From assembly GCA_902615845.1 (NCBI GenBank), contig CACMQS010000003.1, positions 62,531 through 126,530 on the forward strand: DNA of 64,000 bases. Reading direction: 5' to 3'. A program made the position numbers and the translations under genes. Source of the DNA: an uncultured Alphaproteobacteria bacterium. Its GTDB lineage: Bacteria > Pseudomonadota > Alphaproteobacteria > HIMB59 > GCA-002718135. Below the pieces are notes generated by a model that saw only the letters and a program-made list of their open reading frames with translations, was not told the DNA's origin and searched no databases. This document shows, piece by piece, positions 57,361-64,000 of this stretch (position 1 is the first letter of the stretch; the number at the start of each line of letters is the position of its first letter).

Positions 57361-59595
57361 TTAATTTACTAATGGTTTTCCAGTTTCAAGTGTATGTTTT
57401 ATTCGCTCTTGAGTTTTAGGCGTCTGGATAAGTCTCATGAAAGCTTCTAATTCAAGATTATAAAGATCATCTTCACTTAATTCATTATCAATATTTGTAT
57501 TTCCACCACTAAGCACAAAAGCAATTTGCTTACCTACTTCTAATCCATGGTCTAAAATTTTATTTTCATTATATAGTGCTTCAAGTTTTTCAATCATTTT
57601 ATCTCTGACAGCACTACCGCCCAAATTGAATTTAGGTTGAGATGGTTTTTCATAGCCTCCCTCAATATTATTTAATAAATCGATAGCCGTTGATAATTGT
57701 CTGTCTCTATTTATTACCACCTTATCCTTTTCTAAAAAGAATTGATTTGGCAGCGCTTCATTTGGTGAGGTAGCAGTAATAGCATAACCAATAAGATCAA
57801 AAACTTTCATAGACGCATGTTCAGAATTTTCTTTACCTTCTGGAGTTTGTAACCAACGCCACAGCATTTCCTTACAACCCCCACCAGCAGGAATGAGTCC
57901 AACTAAAGATTCAACTAGTCCAAGAACAACATTTGTATGAGCAACGTTATAATCACAATGCAATACCACTTCAAAACCACCGCCAATAGCAAGTCCTGAT
58001 GGCGCAGCAATAAAAGGCTTATCTGCATATTTTATTGTTTTACACGTTTGTTGGAAATCAATTATAAATTTTTCAATTTTAGACCATTCATTATTTTTAG
58101 CAAATTCCATGACATAATTTAAATTTACACCAGCAGAAAATTGCATTGCATCATTAATCACAATTGTGCTTTTATTATTTTGAGCAGCTTCTTTTAAAGC
58201 TAACATAGAGTCAGTATCTAAAGCGTTTGCCTTAGTAGTAAATTCAACAACCTGATATGATGAAGCATTTTTAATATTAGCAGAAGGGTTCTCAAAAGTT
58301 TTTTGTAAATTTAACGATCTTAAATTATCAATACTTGAATCTAAATATCCAGGTCTTTTATTAAATTCAAAAACTCCCTTTAGATCTTTAAAGAAGTTAA
58401 TATCAGTATTTTGATCAATAAAATTTTTTGTATCAATATTTGAAAGCATTTCAAAAGGGCCAACAGTCCAATTAAAACCTAATCTTAGTGCATCATCTAT
58501 GTCTATATATTTTGATGATACATCAGGGATTAAATATGCAGCATACCTAATTACTTTTGTCAGAATTGATTTTGCATATTCACCGTATTTGTCTTTTCTT
58601 TGAATGAGTTTATTTATGTCAATTTTATCTCCCATACCTAAATTAATTTTCTGACTTGGGTGATACTCGCCAGTTTCTAAATTAATTGCTTCAAGAATTT
58701 TTTTACCATCAGATTTATTCATTCTATAAAAACCACCCTTACCTTTTCTTCCTGTATACCCAGTTTCAATAAGTTTTGTGACCAATGGAATTTCTTGTGC
58801 AACCTCGTGGAAAGGATCTTCTTTTGGGAGTTCTTTGATAAAACTTTTTAAAACATCAGCCATCAAATCGATACCAATTAAATCGTATAGCCCAAAAATT
58901 CCAGTCTTCGGGATACCCATTGGTCTTCCAAATACTGCATCAGCTTCTTCAATTGATATCTTCATATTAAAAGCTTCAGTCATAGCAACTTGCATTGCAT
59001 AAACTCCAATTCTGTTTCCAATAAATCCTGGAGTATCGTTACAAATAATTACACCTTTACCAAGTTTTTCATCACAAAATTGTTTTAATAAATTTATTTT
59101 TTCAATGTCATTAGCTTCTTCAGTTACTATCTCGAGCAATGCCATATATCGAACTGGGTTAAAAAAATGGGTAATGCAAAAATTTTTTTTCATTTCATCT
59201 GACATATTTGCAGATAAGATTTTCAATGGAATTGTAGATGTATTAGATGAAATTATAGAATTGTTCTTTCTTGTAGTCTGAATTTTATCATAAATGTTAT
59301 GTTTAATATCTATTCTCTCAACAACAGCCTCCACAACCCAATCAGCTTCCGCAACTTCATTAAAGTCATCCTCAATATTTCCAACCTTAATTAATTCTGC
59401 TTTGTTTTTTTCTACTAAAAGTGGGGGTCGTGATTTTTTAATTCTTTCTTTAGCGTTTTCTGTAATTTGGTTTCTAGATCCTTCTTTTGAAGGTAAGTCT
59501 AGAAGTGTAACATCAATATTAGCATTTGCTATTTGGGCTGCGATTCCACTGCCCATAGTGCCAGATCCTATTACTACTACTTTTTTAATATTCAT
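57361..59595 (-). CDS. 3-hydroxyacyl-CoA dehydrogenase / enoyl-CoA hydratase fusion (FadN-like)
   Basis: GSGTMGSGIA, EAVVE, SSNTS, HFFNP, DTPGFIGNR; C-terminal FSAG.NL, GGGFE, GL.PAGGG. Confidence 0.9.
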   Translation of the reverse strand: MNIKKVVVIGSGTMGSGIAAQIANANIDVTLLDLPSKEGSRNQITENAKERIKKSRPPLLVEKNKAELIKVGNIEDDFNEVAEADWVVEAVVERIDIKHNIYDKIQTTRKNNSIISSNTSTIPLKILSANMSDEMKKNFCITHFFNPVRYMALLEIVTEEANDIEKINLLKQFCDEKLGKGVIICNDTPGFIGNRIGVYAMQVAMTEAFNMKISIEEADAVFGRPMGIPKTGIFGLYDLIGIDLMADVLKSFIKELPKEDPFHEVAQEIPLVTKLIETGYTGRKGKGGFYRMNKSDGKKILEAINLETGEYHPSQKINLGMGDKIDINKLIQRKDKYGEYAKSILTKVIRYAAYLIPDVSSKYIDIDDALRLGFNWTVGPFEMLSNIDTKNFIDQNTDINFFKDLKGVFEFNKRPGYLDSSIDNLRSLNLQKTFENPSANIKNASSYQVVEFTTKANALDTDSMLALKEAAQNNKSTIVINDAMQFSAGVNLNYVMEFAKNNEWSKIEKFIIDFQQTCKTIKYADKPFIAAPSGLAIGGGFEVVLHCDYNVAHTNVVLGLVESLVGLIPAGGGCKEMLWRWLQTPEGKENSEHASMKVFDLIGYAITATSPNEALPNQFFLEKDKVVINRDRQLSTAIDLLNNIEGGYEKPSQPKFNLGGSAVRDKMIEKLEALYNENKILDHGLEVGKQIAFVLSGGNTNIDNELSEDDLYNLELEAFMRLIQTPKTQERIKHTLETGKPLVN

Positions 59596-59699
59596 GTGAG
59601 TTCTATAAAGGTGAGCTTATATAAGAAAAATTTGCCGTATGAAAATAATTTAAGCATAAGGGTGGAAATTAATATAAATATCTCTTATAGGCGCGCAAA

Positions 59700-61082
59700 A
59701 TGAAAAAAAATCCTTCAAGAAATGTCCATTTTTCAAAAGGACCTAGTGAGATTTTAGATGCAATTAATACGTCTATAGATATCGATCAACGTCTGTATAA
59801 AGAAGATATAACTGGGTCAATAGCGCATGCTAGAATGCTCGGTAAACAAAAAATAATAAATAAAAAAGAACAAAGTGCAATAGTCTCTGGACTTAAAGCA
59901 ATTGAAAGAGATATTGAAAAAAACAAGGTCGTATTTTCAAAAAAACTTGAAGATATTCATATGAACATTGAAAGTTTATTATTTAAGAAAATTGGAAAAA
60001 TTGCAGGAAAGCTTCATACTGCAAGATCTAGAAATGATCAGGTAGTAACTGATTTAAAATTATGGGTTAAAAAAGAATCTAAAATTTTAGATAGTGAACT
60101 AAAAAAATTTCAGAGAACTTTAATTAATATTGCAACAAAAAATACTGAAACAATTATGCCAGGCTACACTCATTTACAGATTGCTCAACCAATAACATTG
60201 GCTCATCATGTTTTAGCTTACGTTGAAATGATTGGTAGAGACAGAACAAGACTTGAAGATTGTTTATATCGTCTTAATGAAAACCCATTAGGTGCAGCTG
60301 CACTTGCAGGGACTTCTTTTCCTATTGATAGAAAATATACAACTAAAGAGTTGGGATTTAGAGAGCCAACAAAAAATGCTATGGACACTGTCTCAGATAG
60401 AGACTTTGTAATAGAATTTTTATTTGTTCTATCACTAATTGCTGTTCATTTATCAAAAATAGCAGAGGAAATAGTACTTTGGTCAAATCAACAATTTAAT
60501 TTTATCAATTTACCAGATGATCTTTCAACTGGTAGTTCAATTATGCCTCAGAAAAAAAATCCAGATGGTGCAGAGCTTGTTAGAGGAAAAACAAGTATTA
60601 TCATTAGTAATTTAAGTTCAATGCTTAATATTATTAAAGGGTTACCACTTTCTTATAGTAAAGACTTACAAGACGATAAACAAATAACATTTAATTCATA
60701 CGACAATGTTTCTTTGTGTATAAAAGTTATGAATGAAATTTTATCAAAATCTAAATTCAACAAAACTAGAATGAAAGAGTTGATTGATAATTCAAATGCA
60801 ACCGCTACCGATTTGGCTAATTGGTTGGTTCAAAATCTTAGATATTCATTTAGAGATGCTTATGTTGTTACAGGAAAGATTGTTTCTTATTGTTCAAAAC
60901 AAGATAGAAACATAGATTCATTATCTCTTGGAGAATTAAAAAAATTTGACAAAAATATAACGGCTGACGCAAAAAAAGTGCTATCAACTACTAACAGTGT
61001 TAAATCAAAATCAAGTTTTGGGGGTACGGCTCCTGAAATTACTAATAAAATGATAAAACTTGTTATAAAAAAATACTTATAA
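59700..61082 (+). CDS. argH: Argininosuccinate lyase
   Basis: EDIHM, LHTARSRNDQ, MPGYTHLQ.AQP, GSSIMPQKKNPD. Confidence 0.96.
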   Translation: MKKNPSRNVHFSKGPSEILDAINTSIDIDQRLYKEDITGSIAHARMLGKQKIINKKEQSAIVSGLKAIERDIEKNKVVFSKKLEDIHMNIESLLFKKIGKIAGKLHTARSRNDQVVTDLKLWVKKESKILDSELKKFQRTLINIATKNTETIMPGYTHLQIAQPITLAHHVLAYVEMIGRDRTRLEDCLYRLNENPLGAAALAGTSFPIDRKYTTKELGFREPTKNAMDTVSDRDFVIEFLFVLSLIAVHLSKIAEEIVLWSNQQFNFINLPDDLSTGSSIMPQKKNPDGAELVRGKTSIIISNLSSMLNIIKGLPLSYSKDLQDDKQITFNSYDNVSLCIKVMNEILSKSKFNKTRMKELIDNSNATATDLANWLVQNLRYSFRDAYVVTGKIVSYCSKQDRNIDSLSLGELKKFDKNITADAKKVLSTTNSVKSKSSFGGTAPEITNKMIKLVIKKYL

Positions 61083-61267
61083 TGATCAGATTAATATTAT
61101 TATCATTTTTGTTGTTTACTTTTAGCTGTGGTAAAGTTGGTCCTTTAAGTTTACCAGAAGATCAAGTAGACAAATCGGTAATTACATATCCATGTGATGA
61201 AGCCTGTTTAGAGAAATTAGAAGAAGAGAAAAAACGTCAACAATCCGTTATTATAAACACTGAATAA
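61082..61267 (+). CDS. Small lipoprotein (LptM/YifL-like)
   Basis: Lipobox ..SCGKVGPLSLP, located between argH and lysA. Confidence 0.8.
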   Translation: MIRLILLSFLLFTFSCGKVGPLSLPEDQVDKSVITYPCDEACLEKLEEEKKRQQSVIINTE

Positions 61268-62509
61268 ATGCTCACTTATAAAAATAATGACCCGTATATT
61301 GAGGGTACTTCTTTATATGACTTAGTTAAAGTTTGTCAGACACCTTTTTATGTGTATTCACAACAAAAAATTATTAATCAAGTTAATAAAACTAAAGAAA
61401 TTTTAGGTAACAATATTTTTTATTCAATTAAGTCTAATTCAAATCAAGCTATTTTGAAATTAATGAACTCGTTAGATATTGGAGCAGATGTAGTGTCAGT
61501 TGGTGAATTAAAAAGAGCTTTGGAAGCTGGTTTCGATCCAAATAAAATAATTTTTGAAGGTGTTGGAAAATCTGATCAAGACTTACTCTATGCTATACAT
61601 AAAAATATACGTTTAATTAATACTGAATCTTTAGAAGAAATAAAACTTCTCGATAATTTAGCAAATGAAAAAAATAAAATCGTTGATATTGGTGTTAGAC
61701 TTAATCCAGATGTTGATGGTGAAACTTTAAGTAAAATTTCAACAGGAAAAAAAACTGATAAGTTTGGTATAGAATTCGATAACATAGATAAAATTATCAA
61801 ATTAGTTAAAAGTTGCAAAAGTTTAAATTTAATTGGTATTAGTTGTCATATTGGAAGTCAAATTAGTAAAAATGAAGCCTATAAAAATACGTTTTCTCAA
61901 ATGAAAATGGCTGCAGACAAATTTATTGAATCAGGCATTAATATTAAACATGTAGATTTGGGAGGAGGTTTTCATGTTAAATATGAAGATTCTGATCCTG
62001 ACTTTAATATCAAGAAGGTAAAAGAAGAGCTTGATAATTGTTTTACGCAAACAAACTATGAATTATCGTTTGAGCCTGGTCGATATTTAATTGCTGAGGC
62101 TGGAGTTACAGTTACCTCTATTCTTACAATTAAGAATAATGGAGGTATAAATTATTTAATTGTTGATGCTGGTATGAATACATTGATACGTCCAGCGATG
62201 TACGGTGCACATCATGAAATATCAGCGATAAATGTAAAATCAGAGGAATTTATAGATTATGCTATTGCTGGTCCTATTTGTGAAAGTTCAGATGTTTTTT
62301 TAAAAAATATTAAATTGGCTAAACAAAAAATTGGTAATCTACTAGTTATAAAAAATACAGGAGCCTATGGAAAAGTAATGTCTTCAAATTATAACTCTAG
62401 ACCACTGCCCTCTGAAATTTTAGTACACAATGATAATTATGCAATTATTTATTCTCCAGAGAAAATTGAGAAAACAATTGAAGCTGATATTATTCCTAGC
62501 TGGTTGTAA
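61268..62509 (+). CDS. lysA: Diaminopimelate decarboxylase
   Basis: TPFYVY, YSIKSN, DVVS.GE, HIGSQ, DLGGG, EPGR, GPICESSD, GAYG..MSSNYN. Confidence 0.95.
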   Translation: MLTYKNNDPYIEGTSLYDLVKVCQTPFYVYSQQKIINQVNKTKEILGNNIFYSIKSNSNQAILKLMNSLDIGADVVSVGELKRALEAGFDPNKIIFEGVGKSDQDLLYAIHKNIRLINTESLEEIKLLDNLANEKNKIVDIGVRLNPDVDGETLSKISTGKKTDKFGIEFDNIDKIIKLVKSCKSLNLIGISCHIGSQISKNEAYKNTFSQMKMAADKFIESGINIKHVDLGGGFHVKYEDSDPDFNIKKVKEELDNCFTQTNYELSFEPGRYLIAEAGVTVTSILTIKNNGGINYLIVDAGMNTLIRPAMYGAHHEISAINVKSEEFIDYAIAGPICESSDVFLKNIKLAKQKIGNLLVIKNTGAYGKVMSSNYNSRPLPSEILVHNDNYAIIYSPEKIEKTIEADIIPSWL

Positions 62510-62953
62510 CTAATTTAAAGTATTGTGTATAATTTTAGCTAAGTCTGAAATTATCAAATTTAAATTAAAGAAGAATTCCCTAATATAGAAATCAATAATA
62601 ATAAAAGTATTTACACCGTAGGATCGATAAATCCATATTGCTAAAATTACAACTATAGCAAGAATAATTACTATAGTTGAATTAATAACACTTGGTTTTT
62701 CTTGTCTTACAACTGTACTTGGTAAATTTCTGACTGGACCTTTTTCTAATTTTTCTTTTTGTATATTATTATTTAAATTTTGATCTAATTCTTCTTTTTT
62801 TGTAGACGGGACTGATGATGTAATGTCAGTATCATCTAATTCTTGAAACCATTGATGATTACAATTTGCGCATTCAACCATTCTACCATTTGGTTTAATA
62901 TCTGCAGAATTTACTAAATACTTGAATTCACAATTAGAGCAAACAATGAACAT
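62510..62953 (-). CDS. Zinc-ribbon (MJ0042-type) membrane-anchored protein
   Basis: CSNC...Y.V....I...GRMVECANC.HQWF, linker, TM helix. Confidence 0.85.
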   Translation of the reverse strand: MFIVCSNCEFKYLVNSADIKPNGRMVECANCNHQWFQELDDTDITSSVPSTKKEELDQNLNNNIQKEKLEKGPVRNLPSTVVRQEKPSVINSTIVIILAIVVILAIWIYRSYGVNTFIIIDFYIREFFFNLNLIISDLAKIIHNTLN

Positions 62954-63003
62954 AAATTATATATAGATCAGTCAGGCTAGTATATAAAACAAAATCATTA
63001 AGT

Positions 63004-63711
63004 ATGTTAATTTTAAAAAGTATAATATTTTATATTTCCTTGATTATATGGACTGTGTTGATGGGTATTTTATGTTTACCTTTTCTCTTATTACCAAGTT
63101 ATTTACTTAAATATCCAACGAAACTTTGGATACGTGTTATTTTTGTTTTTCTTAATCTTATGTGTAATATTAAACATAAAATTGAGGGTTTAGAAAATAT
63201 TCCAAATGAAAGTGTCTTAATTGTGTCTAAACATCAGTCCGCTTTTGAGACACTCGCACTCTATTACTATTTAAAAGATTGTTTCTTTGTCCATAAAAGA
63301 GAGCTTTTCTTTATACCAATTTTTGGACAATATTTATTCAAGTCTAATATGGTTGCGATTAATAGAGATGGTGGAACAAAAGCTATGAGAGATATGTTAC
63401 AAAAAGTTCAATCAAAATTATCTTTTGGATCTTCAATTATTATTTTCCCCGAAGGAACAAGAAAGCTGCCTGGTAGTAAACCTGATTATAAGACAGGTTT
63501 TATTGGAATTTATAATCATACAAAAAGAAAAATCCTTCCTGTAGCTTTAAATTCAGGTTTATGTTGGCCAAAACAATCATGGGTATTAGAAAAAGGATTA
63601 ATTACTATAAAATTTTTACCGACAATTGATGAAGGTTTAGATAAAAAAGTTTTATTAAACGAAGTTCAAAATAGAATAGAAACTGCGTCAAATTTATTAT
63701 TGGATAACTAA
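63004..63711 (+). CDS. plsC: 1-acyl-sn-glycerol-3-phosphate acyltransferase
   Basis: KHQS.FE, K.EL..IP.FG, IFPEGTR, PVALNSG. Confidence 0.88.
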   Translation: MLILKSIIFYISLIIWTVLMGILCLPFLLLPSYLLKYPTKLWIRVIFVFLNLMCNIKHKIEGLENIPNESVLIVSKHQSAFETLALYYYLKDCFFVHKRELFFIPIFGQYLFKSNMVAINRDGGTKAMRDMLQKVQSKLSFGSSIIIFPEGTRKLPGSKPDYKTGFIGIYNHTKRKILPVALNSGLCWPKQSWVLEKGLITIKFLPTIDEGLDKKVLLNEVQNRIETASNLLLDN

Positions 63712-64000
63712 TTCTTTTCTGTGGGATCAAAAGTTCCTGCTTGACCAATCTCTTCAATAATTTTTCTAATTTCTTTTGATTTTATAAATTTTTCTTCCAA
63801 ATATTTTAAATCATTATTTCTTATTGCTTTTTGATAAGTAAGTAGATCTTCACTGAAACGACCAAGCATTTCTAGAACGGCTTCTTTATTTTTTTCATAA
63901 ACATCACGCCACATTACCGGATCACTACCTGCCAATCTTGTGAAATCTCTAAAACCTGCAGCTGAATATTTAATTACTTCATCTTTCATTTGAGATTCAA
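63708..64000 (-). CDS. tyrA: Prephenate/cyclohexadienyl dehydrogenase, C-terminal part (truncated by window edge)
   Basis: YSAAGFRDFTRLAGSDP.MWRD. Confidence 0.88.
   Translation of the reverse strand, partial: ESQMKDEVIKYSAAGFRDFTRLAGSDPVMWRDVYEKNKEAVLEMLGRFSEDLLTYQKAIRNNDLKYLEEKFIKSKEIRKIIEEIGQAGTFDPTEKN

Noticed and set aside
3560..61818. Numerous 60-145 aa ORFs antisense to or nested in long genes (e.g. 7590..7922, 28575..28925, 33525..33884, 37637..38074, 59294..59599)
   Set aside because: Shadow frames of well-supported genes, with no motifs or RBS
1..64000. CRISPR arrays, rRNA, IS elements, prophage, long tandem repeats
   Set aside because: None seen; intergenic gaps are short (under about 200 nt) and nearly all long ORFs have metabolic or housekeeping assignments

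Overview
AT-rich, very densely packed bacterial DNA with many ATGA/TAATG overlaps. Its housekeeping genes (coq7, dsbB, argH-lipoprotein-lysA, plsC, tyrA) look alphaproteobacterial; a streamlined marine lineage (SAR11/HIMB59-like) is my inference, not a database result. About 1-45.4 kb is a large carbohydrate uptake and catabolism region with no recognisable transcription factor. It holds a GH151-like alpha-L-fucosidase, four tandem Cys-type sulfatases, four complete sugar ABC systems plus a fifth binding protein cut by the window edge, a MocD-like desaturase, a PhyH dioxygenase, iolD, and a Rieske-fold ferredoxin whose two His ligands are replaced by Cys. It also holds a nearly complete non-phosphorylative L-fucose pathway, an unexplained CoA-transferase/two-MaoC/RraA/enolase module with a frameshifted signal-less SBP-fold gene, a MetE-like Zn enzyme, and galE-galT. 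Then come three methyltransferases, a tRNA-Leu(CAA) overlapped antisense by an MFS gene, and core genes. No CRISPR, rRNA, integrase or transposase was seen. All calls come from motif recognition by eye; no searches were run.
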